NCBI GenBank assembly: GCA_964606295.1
Contig: CAZSFR010000001.1
Location: 56,504 to 120,503, forward strand
Source of the DNA: an uncultured Candidatus Saccharibacteria bacterium
GTDB taxonomy: Bacteria; Patescibacteriota; Minisyncoccia; Phycocordibacterales; UBA9973
Direction: 5' to 3'
Length of the DNA stretch: 64,000 bases
Made by a program: the position numbers and the translations under genes. Each line of letters begins with the position of its first letter. Positions within the stretch are counted from its first letter, which is position 1. Of this stretch, positions 19,479-29,553 are shown in pieces. Below the pieces are notes generated by a model. That model ran no database searches and was not told where the DNA came from. It worked only from the letters and a program-made list of their open reading frames with translations.

Positions 19479-21374
19479 TTACTGGGCTTTTTGCTCTTCT
19501 TCAGGTTTATCACCTTCCTCTGCGTCTCGAATATTGGTGTCATCGGCTGGCTTTGCTTCGTCTGGATTTGGAGAAGCATTCGCCATTGCTTCACCGATCT
19601 TCGACATATTTTGTGAAAGCTCCTGTGTCGCAAGCTTAATCTTCTCGACATCCGTACCATCCTTGACTTCACGAAGTGCTTTGATGCGGTCTTCGACAAG
19701 TGTTTTGACATCTGCTGGTACTTTGTCGCCTGCATCAGTCAATCCTTTTTCGGCAGTATAGAGAGTCATTTCTGCTACATTTTTCACTTCAGCAAGCTCC
19801 TGCTTTTTCTTGTCTTCGTCTGCATGAGTTTCGGCTTCACTTTGCATACGTTTGATATCTTCATCAGTAAGACCAGAAGATGCCTCAATACGAATGGACT
19901 GCTCTTTGCCAGATGCTTTATCTTTTGCTTTCACATTCAAAATACCGTTGGCGTCCACATCGAATGTGACTTCGACTTGTGGAATTCCTCGAGGCGCTGG
20001 TGGCACTCCATCGAGAATGAATTGTCCAAGAGATTTGTTGTCCTGTGCCATTGGTCGCTCACCTTGAGTTATGTGTATTTCGACTGATGTTTGATTGTCA
20101 GCTGCTGTTGAGAAAATCTGAGATTTAGATGAAGGTATGGTCGTGTTTCTTTCAACGAGTTTTGTGGATACACCACCTAGAGTTTCAATGCCAAGAGAAA
20201 GCGGTATAACGTCAAGCAAAAGAACGTCACGGACATCACCTCTGAGCACACCACCCTGAACAGCAGCTCCGAGTGCCACTACTTCGTCTGGATTGATTGA
20301 GAGGTTTGCTGGTTTGCCAGAAATCTTTTCTACTTCAGCAATAAGTTTTGGCATACGCGTCTGTCCTCCGACGAGAATCACTTGATTGATATCATTCCAT
20401 GAAAAAGATGAGGCCTCCATCGCACGCTTCGTGATTTCAATCGAACGTTTGATAAATGGTTCAGAAATTTCCTCAAGCTTTGCACGGGTCAATTTCATCA
20501 AAAGGTGTTTTGGTCCAGATGCATCAGATGTGATGAATGGAATATTGATTTCAGATTCCAAAGTCGTCGAAAGTTCAATCTTGGCCTTTTCCGCAGCTTC
20601 ATCAAGTCTCTGAAGTGCAAGTGGGTCCTTGGTCACATCAATACCGGATTCCTTCTTATATTCATCTGCAATCCATTCAATGATCTTCTTGTCGATATCG
20701 CGTCCACCAAGATGATGATCACCGTCGGTAGATTTGACTTCGATTACATCGTTGCCAACTTCGAGCACCGACACGTCGAACGTACCTCCCCCAAAGTCGT
20801 AGACCACGATCTTCTCATCCTTCTTCGTGTTAAATCCGTACGCTAGAGCTGCTGCGGTCGGCTCGTTGATGATACGCATAACGTTTAGTCCCGCAATCGC
20901 TCCAGCATCCTTCGTAGCTTTGCGTTGTGCATCATTGAAATATGCAGGTACGGTAATGACTGCTTCAGTCACTTTCTCACCGAGCTTGGCTTCGACGTCG
21001 GCTTTGATTTTCGCAAGTATCATCGCAGAGATTTCTTCTGGTCGATATGATTTGTTGCCGATGTTTGCCATGACTCCTCCGTCTTCACCTTTTTCAATTT
21101 TAAATGATGCAGTTTTTTTGTCTGAATCGAGCTCTGCGTCATCAAAACGATGTCCCATGAATCGTTTGATTCCATAGACAGTGTTTTGAGGATTGGTAAC
21201 AGCCTGACGCTTGGCAAGAAGCCCAACAAGCCTTTCGCCACTTTTTGAAATGGCGACGATCGAAGGAGTCGTACGATTACCTTCGATATTTTCGATTATT
21301 TTTGGCTGGCCTCCCTCAATGATGGCAACAGCTGAGTTCGTAGTTCCTAAGTCGATTCCAATGATTTTTGACAT
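19479..21374 (-). CDS. dnaK: Chaperone DnaK (Hsp70).
   Basis: [26 protein letters not shown], and strong overall Hsp70 similarity. 631 aa. Confidence 0.95.
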   Translation of the reverse strand: MSKIIGIDLGTTNSAVAIIEGGQPKIIENIEGNRTTPSIVAISKSGERLVGLLAKRQAVTNPQNTVYGIKRFMGHRFDDAELDSDKKTASFKIEKGEDGGVMANIGNKSYRPEEISAMILAKIKADVEAKLGEKVTEAVITVPAYFNDAQRKATKDAGAIAGLNVMRIINEPTAAALAYGFNTKKDEKIVVYDFGGGTFDVSVLEVGNDVIEVKSTDGDHHLGGRDIDKKIIEWIADEYKKESGIDVTKDPLALQRLDEAAEKAKIELSTTLESEINIPFITSDASGPKHLLMKLTRAKLEEISEPFIKRSIEITKRAMEASSFSWNDINQVILVGGQTRMPKLIAEVEKISGKPANLSINPDEVVALGAAVQGGVLRGDVRDVLLLDVIPLSLGIETLGGVSTKLVERNTTIPSSKSQIFSTAADNQTSVEIHITQGERPMAQDNKSLGQFILDGVPPAPRGIPQVEVTFDVDANGILNVKAKDKASGKEQSIRIEASSGLTDEDIKRMQSEAETHADEDKKKQELAEVKNVAEMTLYTAEKGLTDAGDKVPADVKTLVEDRIKALREVKDGTDVEKIKLATQELSQNMSKIGEAMANASPNPDEAKPADDTNIRDAEEGDKPEEEQKAQ

Positions 21375-21501
21375 ATGTATGTATTTTATTACTTATAATT
21401 GATTACTGGATACATTATATATCATTCAGATTTTTTGACAAGTATTTCGTGGTCGCGAGTTGGACGTTGAATTACTAGTTCCGATCTGCTATTATTCATA
21501 T

Positions 21502-22035
21502 ATGCAAAAGAAGCCTGATTTTTCACATAGAATACTGAAAATCCTGTCCGAGAAGCCTGCTGTTTCGCTTGCAGAGCTGACGGAACGTGTGAATGAGTCC
21601 AAATACGACCACAAGCCTGTCTATGCACTTACGCGCTCATTGAAGGGTCTTAAGGAGGCTGGTTTTGTGGAGTCACGCTCATCCGGACAAAATGACTATG
21701 CTCGCCTGACCAAATCCGGTCGTGTTAAAGCTAACAGCGCAAAGCTTGTAGCTAGAAGCTCTTTGGTTTCTTCTTCTTGGGATGGTAAATGGCGAATCAT
21801 ACTTCTCGACCTTCCTGAGAATCGGAAGTCTGAGAGGGAAAGCCTTCGTTACCTACTCAAGAAAGCTGGATTTGTCTGTCTCAAGAATTCTGCTTGGATT
21901 TCTCCATATCCTTTTGAGCATTTGTTCGGAAATATAAAAAAAGATCTCGGGCTTTCGACCGAGATGATCATCGTAGTAACAAGCGATGTCGACGATGAAA
22001 CAAAAAAAGTTCTGTTTGAAATGTTTGGAAAATAA
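21502..22035 (+). CDS. PaaX-family-like winged-helix transcriptional regulator (177 aa from Met at 21502). Divergent from dnaK and convergent with grpE.
   Basis: The N-terminal wHTH region plus the motif SWDGKWRIILLDLPEN match the PaaX hallmark AWDGKWLLLL at the same relative position. Confidence 0.55.
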   Translation: MQKKPDFSHRILKILSEKPAVSLAELTERVNESKYDHKPVYALTRSLKGLKEAGFVESRSSGQNDYARLTKSGRVKANSAKLVARSSLVSSSWDGKWRIILLDLPENRKSERESLRYLLKKAGFVCLKNSAWISPYPFEHLFGNIKKDLGLSTEMIIVVTSDVDDETKKVLFEMFGK

Positions 22036-22038
22036 CAA

Positions 22039-22611
22039 TTAAATTTGCTCAAACACTTTTACTCTAGCCGGTCGCAATATTTTCTCTCCAGCACTATAGC
22101 CAGACTGAATAATTTCGGCAATAGTATTCTCGGCAGACTTATTTTCAGTCTGAATTGATTCAATTGACTCGTGAAGCATCGGGTTGAACGTATCGCCTAC
22201 CTTTACTTGAATCGGAGTGACACCTTCATCAGTAAGCACTTTCAGAAGTTGAGCGTGAATGTACTCTACTCCCGTACGCCAATTCTTCTCCACCTTCTCC
22301 CACGCTTCCCTATTTGCAAATGCCATATCGTACGCATCCAAAACTGGAAGAAGTGATTCGACAAATTGCTCCACAACAATTTCCTTTACACGGGCAAGTC
22401 GTAGTATTTCATCTTTTTTATAGTTGACGAAATCAGCTCGCTCCCTCTGCCAATTGGCGAGGAATTCTTCCTTTTCTTTCTTTGCTTCCTTAACATCCTT
22501 CCGGAATTTCTTGAGTGTCGCCTTCAGGTCTTCTTCTCCATCATTGTTGAATACGAATTCAACAACGTCGTCTTCTATATCTATTTCCTTATCTTCATTT
22601 TCATTAGTCAT
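22039..22611 (-). CDS. grpE: Nucleotide exchange factor GrpE. True start is MTNENEDKEID at 22611; the longer ORF overlaps rpsI and is rejected.
   Basis: C-terminal GrpE domain …VGDTFNPMLHESIESIQTEN…EIIQSGYSAGEKILRPARVKV preceded by a coiled coil. Confidence 0.85.
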   Translation of the reverse strand: MTNENEDKEIDIEDDVVEFVFNNDGEEDLKATLKKFRKDVKEAKKEKEEFLANWQRERADFVNYKKDEILRLARVKEIVVEQFVESLLPVLDAYDMAFANREAWEKVEKNWRTGVEYIHAQLLKVLTDEGVTPIQVKVGDTFNPMLHESIESIQTENKSAENTIAEIIQSGYSAGEKILRPARVKVFEQI

Positions 22612-22646
22612 ACGTGTCGTATTATACCCAGTTCGATTCAAAATGC

Positions 22647-22676
22647 AAAAACACTCACAGTGTTGTGAGTGTTTTT
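22647..22676 (-). terminator. Perfect 13-bp-stem hairpin (AAAAACACUCACA-GUGU-UGUGAGUGUUUUU) between rpsI and grpE. It serves as a terminator for the rpsI operon. Its core CACTC-N10-GAGTG resembles a CIRCE half-site pair.
   Basis: Read directly from the sequence. A-run and T-run flank the stem, so it could terminate in both directions. Confidence 0.55.
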
Positions 22677-22681
22677 TGAAA

Positions 22682-23098
22682 TTAACGTTTTGACCACTGT
22701 GGAGATTTGCGAGCTTTTTTGAGTCCGAACTTACGGCGTTCTTTTGCTCTTGGATCGCGCTTGAGAAGTCCAGCTTTCTTGAGTTTGCTTCGTCGTTCTT
22801 CGTCACCCTTCATCTCCTCCACGAGCCCACGAGAGATACCGTGACGGATAGCTTCTGCTTGCGAATGAATACCTCCCCCTTGAACGTGCACTGACACAGA
22901 AAATTTGTTTTCAATTTTTGTTTTCTTAAAAGGTTCTTCGAGAATAGCTTGCAATTTGTCAGTTGCAAAATAATCCTTCAACGCTTTGTCGTTGATGATG
23001 ATAGAAAACTTTGTTGCTGGCTCCATGCGCACACGAGCAGTCGATGTCTTCCGACGACCAATAGTTTCAATATACTGTTTTGCTGATTTTGTTACCAT
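22682..23098 (-). CDS. rpsI: Ribosomal protein S9.
   Basis: C-terminal …RRKFGLKKARKSPQWSKR. Confidence 0.9.
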   Translation of the reverse strand: MVTKSAKQYIETIGRRKTSTARVRMEPATKFSIIINDKALKDYFATDKLQAILEEPFKKTKIENKFSVSVHVQGGGIHSQAEAIRHGISRGLVEEMKGDEERRSKLKKAGLLKRDPRAKERRKFGLKKARKSPQWSKR

Positions 23099-23100
23099 AA

Positions 23101-23451
23101 TTATTCAGATATAGTTAGTTGCTTCATGAGTGTCGTGTGGAGTTTGTTGTGTGGGATCATTCCTGCTACGGCGTGCTTTACAAGCTCTCTCTTGCCTTTG
23201 CGAAGAGCGACGTGGCTCATTTTCTCCTCTGTGAGACCTCCCGGGTATCCTGAATAACGCTTGTGAGTTTCAGTATCAAGCTTCTTTGCACGCATAGTAA
23301 GCTTTCCTGCATTTTCTACGTGTACCTTGATGACTTCTTTTTTATTGCGCTCAAACCTTGGGCTCATTTTACCCAAAAGAAACTTAGCTGCTTCGCTTGC
23401 AACTCGTCCTAGTGATTTGCCTGTGGCATCGATTGTGTGGATTTCTGACAT
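23101..23451 (-). CDS. rplM: Ribosomal protein L13 (short, 116-aa form).
   Basis: Similarity to L13. Sits immediately upstream of rpsI. Confidence 0.85.
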   Translation of the reverse strand: MSEIHTIDATGKSLGRVASEAAKFLLGKMSPRFERNKKEVIKVHVENAGKLTMRAKKLDTETHKRYSGYPGGLTEEKMSHVALRKGKRELVKHAVAGMIPHNKLHTTLMKQLTISE

Positions 23452-23456
23452 ATTGA

Positions 23457-23810
23457 TTATACAAATTCTATTAAGGCCATTTTGCTACTGTCAGCTTTTC
23501 GTGGTGGAAGTTTAATAACACGCGTATATCCACCTTTTCGTTCTTTGTACTTCGGTGCTATATCCTGAATAAGTTTTGTTGTTGCTTCCTTAGAATTACG
23601 AAGTGTCGCCAATATCTGTCGGTGCTTCGCAAGGCTAAGATCTCGAGCCTTTGTAACGAGCTTTTCCATATAAGGCCGAAGTGCTTTAGCTTTCGCTTCA
23701 GTTGTCTCGATTCTGCCCTGCAATATCAAACTACGAGCAAGACTCTGCATGAGTGCGACTCGCTGGTTCTTCTCTCGTCCGAATTTTTTTACTTTGTTGT
23801 GATGTCTCAT
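23457..23810 (-). CDS. rplQ: Ribosomal protein L17.
   Basis: MRHHNKVKKFGREKNQRVALMQSLARSLILQGRIETT. Confidence 0.9.
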   Translation of the reverse strand: MRHHNKVKKFGREKNQRVALMQSLARSLILQGRIETTEAKAKALRPYMEKLVTKARDLSLAKHRQILATLRNSKEATTKLIQDIAPKYKERKGGYTRVIKLPPRKADSSKMALIEFV

Positions 23811-23833
23811 AAAGGCAACCTATCCTACTATAC

Positions 23834-24805
23834 TTATGCTTTCAGTACAATACCGAATGCACTGAGCTCCTTTCTAATTTCTTGTATACCCTTGTCTCCT
23901 ATGCCCTCAACCTCCAAAAGGTCTTCCTCGCGTTTGCGAGCTAGTCCACCTAAAGTGCGAATATTTGCGTTGTTGAGAGAATTGAGAGTTCTAGTAGAGA
24001 GGCCTAGTGAATCAATACGTGTCTTCATAAGATCTGTCATTTCCTCTTCTTTCACACCTTCCTCCACTTTTTCTTCATCTTCTTCTTTCGAGGCTTTCAC
24101 AGATGCGACTACGTCGTCTTTGACACCCACCATAGCCTTCAATTGCTCGAGCATGATGATTATTGAGTTATCCAATGCTTCTCGTGGAGAGATAGTACCG
24201 TCTGTTTCGATAATGATGCGAAGTCTGTTGTGGTTTGTCTTATCTCCAACACGCATGTTTTCAACTTCGTAAGCAACACGACGGATAGGCGTAAAAACTG
24301 CGTCAACAGCAATAGTGCCGATATCAACCTTGTCTTTTTGATGAAGTTCTTTTGGTACGAATCCCATACCACGTTCAAGTACTATTTCGATAGTGACTGA
24401 AGTTTTTCCTGTGATTTCAAAGAGGTACTCATCTTTTGTAAGGACTTCTACTTGTCCGTCAGTTTCGATATCCTGTGAGTGTATTTTTCCGGGGCCTTTG
24501 ACAGTGAATGAAAAGGAGTGCGAGTCAACACCAGTCAGCTTGAAACGAACTTTCTTGAGATGAAGCATTATCGTGACTACATCTTCACGCACATTTTCGA
24601 TAGTCGAAAATTCGTGTGATACACCACCTATCTTGATAGATGTAATCGCAACACCAGGAAGTGACGAAAGAATGATTCGACGAAGAGAGTTACCGAGAGT
24701 ATGTCCATACCCAGGGTAGAGATTGTCGATTTCATATGTACCTTTGTTGCCTTCTTCTTTTGCAACACGGGGCGCGGAAGGGAGAAGTATTGTGTGGTCT
24801 CGCAT
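23834..24805 (-). CDS. rpoA: DNA-directed RNA polymerase alpha subunit.
   Basis: N-terminal dimerisation domain, an acidic linker, and the C-terminal domain (…LGLSTRTLNSLNNANIRTLGGL…). Confidence 0.95.
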   Translation of the reverse strand: MRDHTILLPSAPRVAKEEGNKGTYEIDNLYPGYGHTLGNSLRRIILSSLPGVAITSIKIGGVSHEFSTIENVREDVVTIMLHLKKVRFKLTGVDSHSFSFTVKGPGKIHSQDIETDGQVEVLTKDEYLFEITGKTSVTIEIVLERGMGFVPKELHQKDKVDIGTIAVDAVFTPIRRVAYEVENMRVGDKTNHNRLRIIIETDGTISPREALDNSIIIMLEQLKAMVGVKDDVVASVKASKEEDEEKVEEGVKEEEMTDLMKTRIDSLGLSTRTLNSLNNANIRTLGGLARKREEDLLEVEGIGDKGIQEIRKELSAFGIVLKA

Positions 24806-24858
24806 AAATTAAATTACTTATTGTATAAGTGATTAATACTAATAATGAACAAATAAAT

Positions 24859-25461
24859 TTATCTGCTGTAGAATTCGAGCACCGTGTCTATATTGAAGAA
24901 TTCTTGCGTGTATACTGGTGTACCAAGTACTTTTCCTGTCAGTGCGCCCGGATCGAATGACACCCACTTTGGCATCTGATATGTTTTCATTTTTTCAGAA
25001 AGTTGCTGGAAAAGAGGGCTCGCCTTGCTTCCTTCGCGAATTACAATCACGTCATCTTTTTTGACTTCATATGACGGGATAGTCACACGTCTTCCGTTGA
25101 CAACGATATGTCCGTGAGAAACCATTTGACGTCCAAGTGCGCGTGTTGAAGCTATACCCATACGATAGACGGTATTGTCTAAACGTCGCTCGAGTCTCTC
25201 GTAAAGAAGTGACGGTGTGTTGGATTGCTTTGATTCGACAGCGTCATTGACATATCGTGACAATTGGCGCTCTGTGACACCATAGGAGTAACGAATCTTT
25301 TGTTTTTCTAAAAGCTGTTCACCAAAGCCTGAGAGAGCCTTTGGTCGGCTTTTCTTTTTACCTCGACGAGCTTCGGATGCAGCAAACTTAGGTGTCTGGC
25401 ACTTTTCGTACACACCCGCACCCAATCTTCGTCCTATTTTGTATTTTGGTTTAGAAAGCAT
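24859..25461 (-). CDS. rpsD: Ribosomal protein S4.
   Basis: S4 domain and N-terminal KxxRRLG. Confidence 0.9.
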   Translation of the reverse strand: MLSKPKYKIGRRLGAGVYEKCQTPKFAASEARRGKKKSRPKALSGFGEQLLEKQKIRYSYGVTERQLSRYVNDAVESKQSNTPSLLYERLERRLDNTVYRMGIASTRALGRQMVSHGHIVVNGRRVTIPSYEVKKDDVIVIREGSKASPLFQQLSEKMKTYQMPKWVSFDPGALTGKVLGTPVYTQEFFNIDTVLEFYSR

Positions 25462-25480
25462 AGTTTATTATTGAAATTTA

Positions 25481-25909
25481 TTAAACGCGTCTCGGCTTCT
25501 TGGCCTTCGGTCCATTGTGAGGTACTGGTGTCTCATCGCGAACCCCCGTCAATTCATAACCACGAGCAATAAAAGCTCTAATCGTCGGTTCACGCCCGCT
25601 ACCGACACCGCGGACAACAACGTCTATATCTTTGAGACCAAGCGCTTCAGCCTTTTCTGCTAGCACTTCACCTACCTTGGAGGCTGCGAACGGTGTTCCC
25701 TTCTTTGCTCCTTTGAAACCAAGAGCACCAGATGAACTTGAGAGTACTGCATTTCCAGCCTTATCGGTCAAAACTGCCTTTGTATTATTAAATGTGGCTT
25801 GGACGTGGAGAGTTCCTGAAATAAGCTTCTTTTTAGAAACTTTGTTTGATGCACTTCCTGATGTTCCTGCATCTGATGATCCTTTTTTTACAATTCGTTT
25901 TTTTCCCAT
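25481..25909 (-). CDS. rpsK: Ribosomal protein S11.
   Basis: C-terminal …GVRDETPVPHNGPKAKKPRRV. Confidence 0.9.
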   Translation of the reverse strand: MGKKRIVKKGSSDAGTSGSASNKVSKKKLISGTLHVQATFNNTKAVLTDKAGNAVLSSSSGALGFKGAKKGTPFAASKVGEVLAEKAEALGLKDIDVVVRGVGSGREPTIRAFIARGYELTGVRDETPVPHNGPKAKKPRRV

Positions 25910-25969
25910 TTTGTTTTATGTTATGTGTTTGGTTTCTATCACCTATATACTCCAGACTATTTGCTCGCT

Positions 25970-26350
25970 CTAAGTCTTCTCAACCTTTCGGCGACCGCTT
26001 GCCATAGTCTTTCTCACATTACCTCTCATTGTTCGGGAATTTGTTTTTGTTCTTTGTCCGCGAGTAGGAAGCTTTTTGGTATGGCGACTACCTCGGTAGC
26101 TTTTGATATCTTTCAATCGTTTGATGTTACCAGAAATTTCACGCTTAAGCACACCTTCAACTTTCATTCCTTCGATAAGTGCTCGGATTCTGTTCTCATC
26201 CTCCACACTGAGGTCTGCCGGCTTCTTGTTACTGTCTACTTTTGCGCTAGTCAAAACTTTCTTTGCTATACTGCGTCCAACACCGTACACAGCAGTGAGG
26301 CCGACTGCTAGCTTCTTTTCGTTTGGAATTGTTATACCTGAAATACGCAT
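25970..26350 (-). CDS. rpsM: Ribosomal protein S13.
   Basis: MRISGITIPNEKKLAVGLTAVYGVGRSIAKKV…. Confidence 0.9.
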   Translation of the reverse strand: MRISGITIPNEKKLAVGLTAVYGVGRSIAKKVLTSAKVDSNKKPADLSVEDENRIRALIEGMKVEGVLKREISGNIKRLKDIKSYRGSRHTKKLPTRGQRTKTNSRTMRGNVRKTMASGRRKVEKT

Positions 26351-26353
26351 GGA

Positions 26354-26464
26354 TTATTGTTTTTGCTTGTGCTTAGGATTTTCACAAATCACAAATAAAT
26401 GGTTTTTTCTTTTAACCATTTTGCAACTTGCACAAATTTTTTTCACAGCTGATTTGATTTTCAT
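26354..26464 (-). CDS. rpmJ: Ribosomal protein L36 (36 aa). Not present in the ORF track.
   Basis: Hand translation of the minus strand: [36 protein letters not shown]. It has the C-x2-C…C-x4-H zinc ribbon, and its stop lies 3 nt before the rpsM start. Confidence 0.85.
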   Translation of the reverse strand: MKIKSAVKKICASCKMVKRKNHLFVICENPKHKQKQ

Positions 26465-26480
26465 TATATAAAAGGCGCTA

Positions 26481-26509
26481 CTACAAAAAATAAGTCCGTT
26501 TACACGGAC
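26481..26509 (-). terminator. Hairpin GUCCGUGUAAACGGAC plus U-run between infA and rpmJ. Intrinsic terminator or attenuator.
   Basis: 5-bp GC stem with a 6-nt loop, followed by TTATTTTTTG on the minus strand. Confidence 0.4.
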
Positions 26510-26523
26510 ACGCGAATTGCATC

Positions 26524-26754
26524 CTAACTCATTTTGAGTCTTTTGACAATGCGCGCCTTGCCCTGATATGGGTCGAGAATGAGGTCAACTTTGTCTCCGA
26601 CCAATACCTTTATTCTGTTGAATCTCATCTTTCCAGCTAAGTAGGCGAGAACAACGTTCCCACTCTCGAGCTCTACACGGAACAAAGTGTTCGGTAAGGC
26701 TTCGACAACTAGGCCAGATACTGTAGAATCAACTTCTTTTCCTCCTTCACTCAT
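26524..26754 (-). CDS. infA: Translation initiation factor IF-1. Start is at MSEGGKE.
   Basis: S1-like OB fold: …[57 protein letters not shown]. Confidence 0.85.
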   Translation of the reverse strand: MSEGGKEVDSTVSGLVVEALPNTLFRVELESGNVVLAYLAGKMRFNRIKVLVGDKVDLILDPYQGKARIVKRLKMS

Positions 26755-26812
26755 TTTTTGCAAGTGATGAGATAATAACAAAATCAACTATATAAGTCAA
26801 GTAATACATATG

Positions 26813-28291
26813 TTAATCAGCCAGAATGACATTTATGTGTTCTGTCTTGTCTGGGAAACTCCTGTGCCACAGTGGGTGCATGGCGACTTTGGCGGATAGA
26901 ATGCTAGGGTAGTTCAAAAGTATAGTATCAACATCTCTTACTTTTCTTGTGATCAAAGACTTCACGAATGAATCTATGTCAATTATCGCATTAGCCTTGC
27001 CTTCCCCTGTTAGTGTGAAGCTTATCTTGCTAGCAGTGTTTGGTAGTATTAGATCCTTGCTATCAAGCTTGAATGTGAAATCTTCAAGATTTGGAATATC
27101 AAATTTTTTGTCTGTGTGTGTTGCAAGCGTTGTTCGTGTACCAATAGTTGAAATGAGGGCATCCTTCGAAAACATAAAGGCAGTTACTTTGAGGGTAACA
27201 ACTATTGGAATTGATACTTCCTTCGACTGCAATGAGTTGACTGTGCTCGACTGTTCATAAAAAACTGCATCATCAAAAACTATGTAGCCAGCGGGCACCT
27301 CTGCCATGACTTGTGTTATTGCCTTCTCTTTCAGCGACTCAATAATAAGATTTTCTTGTTCAGAACGCTCCTCAGGTGTAATCGTATACACTAGCCCAGT
27401 ACTCCCTCCCTCAATTGCAGTTTTGGAACGACCATAGAATTTCGCATATTTATCTGCCTGTGTTTTGAAACCAACAAATTTGAAGTCCGTCATTCCAGTA
27501 TTATAAGTTTCACCACTTTCAGTTGCGTGGACACCTACTTCGAGCTGTCCTGGAACCACCGTCTCTCCCTTCTTCGTGTAGCCGGGAATTGAAACCGCAA
27601 TGTCGGTCATATAGATTTTGCCATTCGTGGCTTCGAGACGAGTGTTGATGAGAAGATTTTGCTTGCTTGTACTATATGCATTGTAAAGAATGACTTTACC
27701 TGTCGCGAGCTTATCACTCGTTGTACTGCCGGTTGAAACAACATCTGCTTTGTCGCTCATATCAACTGCCATAACTGAGAATGGAAGTCCTGTACTTGCG
27801 TCTTTGTTTGCCTCAAATTTTTCATCAATAGAAAGAGGTTCGCTGTACGGCGTGACTGTGACCGTTGCTCTCACAAACACAAAAGAAAGAGCGTAGACAA
27901 GGGCAATAAGACAGATGGTCGCAAATACCCATACACCTTTTCCACTTTTGCTACCACCGTCTCTGTTTATTTTTCGAAACGTTTCCTTTGGTGTGCTTGG
28001 CAATTTTAGTTCTGAAACAGTTGCAACGTTTGGAGTACGTACTTCCGGCATATCAGACTCTTGTGTGACAGCGTGCCTCGCGTAGCGCATGAGAAAAGGA
28101 TTGGTATCAATCTCTCTATTTGCATTCAAAAGTTCAGTTTCTTCCGAGCTGGTGAGTTCTTCTCGAGGAACAAGTATATCCCTATTCAATCGATTTGTAT
28201 CAGATTGAACTACCTTTTTATCCAACCTTACTGGTCTTTCGGGCTCATTATTTGGAGAGACTATGTCTTGAATGAAATTATTATTTGCCAT
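26813..28291 (-). CDS. Hypothetical bitopic membrane protein: about 120-aa cytoplasmic N-terminus, one TM helix, about 350-aa extracytoplasmic domain.
   Basis: Single TM helix (GVWVFATICLIALVYALSFVFV). No recognisable domain. Confidence 0.4.
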   Translation of the reverse strand: MANNNFIQDIVSPNNEPERPVRLDKKVVQSDTNRLNRDILVPREELTSSEETELLNANREIDTNPFLMRYARHAVTQESDMPEVRTPNVATVSELKLPSTPKETFRKINRDGGSKSGKGVWVFATICLIALVYALSFVFVRATVTVTPYSEPLSIDEKFEANKDASTGLPFSVMAVDMSDKADVVSTGSTTSDKLATGKVILYNAYSTSKQNLLINTRLEATNGKIYMTDIAVSIPGYTKKGETVVPGQLEVGVHATESGETYNTGMTDFKFVGFKTQADKYAKFYGRSKTAIEGGSTGLVYTITPEERSEQENLIIESLKEKAITQVMAEVPAGYIVFDDAVFYEQSSTVNSLQSKEVSIPIVVTLKVTAFMFSKDALISTIGTRTTLATHTDKKFDIPNLEDFTFKLDSKDLILPNTASKISFTLTGEGKANAIIDIDSFVKSLITRKVRDVDTILLNYPSILSAKVAMHPLWHRSFPDKTEHINVILAD

Positions 28292-28305
28292 ATTTTGATA
28301 CTGAA

Positions 28306-29553
28306 TTAACTTTCTGTTCGGCGTGTAATGTATAGAGCCAACATTCCCATATACACATCATAAGTTGCGCCGGGAATATATGTTAGCCATTCCTTGAACA
28401 AAGGAAGCTTTATAACTATAACATTAAATTTCTCTCCTGCAATTTGGTAAGGCATCAGTGCTTCATCGTCAAGGGCTCCCTTTACCCACTTTTCATGATT
28501 TTCATCAACAAGTACAAAGATAGTCGGTGGAATAAATATATCACTTGAAAGTGTCGCTAGTGCTTGAGAGAATGATTTGATCCAGACAGACTCAGCTTTG
28601 AGAACTGCTTTCTCCATACCAGCAACTAGATTTGATTCGAGAGTATTGTCTCTGTAAAGCGAAAGCATTGCTTCGGCTTCGTCTTTAGATTTACCCAACT
28701 CTTCTGTTACTATGCGCGCAAAGTGATTTCTCCCGCAGGGAAATGAAGCATTCTCCAAAATAACATCGGCCTCGATAAATGATATGTCCGTCAACTCTCC
28801 ATCAACATCGACTATGAGAAAATCTTTTGTATCTGCGAATGTGTCACGCATCGTTGTAAAAACAGAAAAGATAGACGTGTGAAAATGTACTGTTGATCGA
28901 TGGCTTGCACTTTGTACAGAAGATTCGATTTTCGAAAGCACTTCTTTTGGTGACATACTTATAAAAAGTGAGAGTTCGACAGATGAAGCTGATTTACCAT
29001 CTGGCGAAAGAACTGAGTAGCCATTTAGTCGTGCGCTCATGGTGTTTGACTCAACGATGACGACATCTTCTCCAAGTGAGCCAAATTTTGTTTTATACTC
29101 TTCTTCAAATGCTCGCAATTCCTTTTCCAAGAGTTCGTCATGGAGTTTCTGTGTAAAAGTGAATGGTGTCATTTTGGAAAGCGTGACGACACGTGTTTGT
29201 GATGCGTGCCAAGGCGAAGAAATAATGACATGTATGTTGTGGGGAATGTTTTTTTCACCAGTGACTAAATGCTCGACACACTTTTTGACAGATACAAGCG
29301 TGCCCTCAAGCAATGTCGCAAATGAAATATTATCTTTGACAACGATAGGCATCCGAAACGTTTTTTCCATAGTAGGGTGCGCAGGAATTCCTTCCTTCTG
29401 TGGACATGAAATAATAGAGCCACCGACGGTGCCGGAGCCTACGTCAAGAACAATAACTCGCCTTGCATTGTTTTTCTTATGAAAAAGTTGCATGTCTATA
29501 TAGTATACAGCATGATTAGTCGTTTTCCTTAATTCTTTTGCCTTCTGCGTCAT
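28306..29553 (-). CDS. Actin-like ATPase (ASKHA superfamily; FtsA/PilM/Ppx-GppA-like).
   Basis: N-terminal phosphate-1 motif VIVLDVGSGTVGGSII, and a second motif, LIVDVDGELTDISFI, at the duplicated RNaseH-fold position. Confidence 0.45.
   Translation of the reverse strand: MTQKAKELRKTTNHAVYYIDMQLFHKKNNARRVIVLDVGSGTVGGSIISCPQKEGIPAHPTMEKTFRMPIVVKDNISFATLLEGTLVSVKKCVEHLVTGEKNIPHNIHVIISSPWHASQTRVVTLSKMTPFTFTQKLHDELLEKELRAFEEEYKTKFGSLGEDVVIVESNTMSARLNGYSVLSPDGKSASSVELSLFISMSPKEVLSKIESSVQSASHRSTVHFHTSIFSVFTTMRDTFADTKDFLIVDVDGELTDISFIEADVILENASFPCGRNHFARIVTEELGKSKDEAEAMLSLYRDNTLESNLVAGMEKAVLKAESVWIKSFSQALATLSSDIFIPPTIFVLVDENHEKWVKGALDDEALMPYQIAGEKFNVIVIKLPLFKEWLTYIPGATYDVYMGMLALYITRRTES

Noticed and set aside
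21422-21628. 68-aa minus-strand ORF across the dnaK/regulator divergent promoter region.
   Set aside because: It overlaps the 5' end of the plus-strand regulator gene and the promoter region, with no homology. Spurious.
21460-22035. Calling the dnaK-adjacent regulator HrcA.
   Set aside because: It is too short (about 180 aa versus about 340 aa) and carries the PaaX WDGxW hallmark rather than HrcA motifs.
22039-22806. Full-length 255-aa GrpE ORF starting at 22806.
   Set aside because: The first 65 codons overlap rpsI by 125 bp and encode a Cys/His-rich non-GrpE sequence. The internal Met at 22611 gives a normal GrpE.
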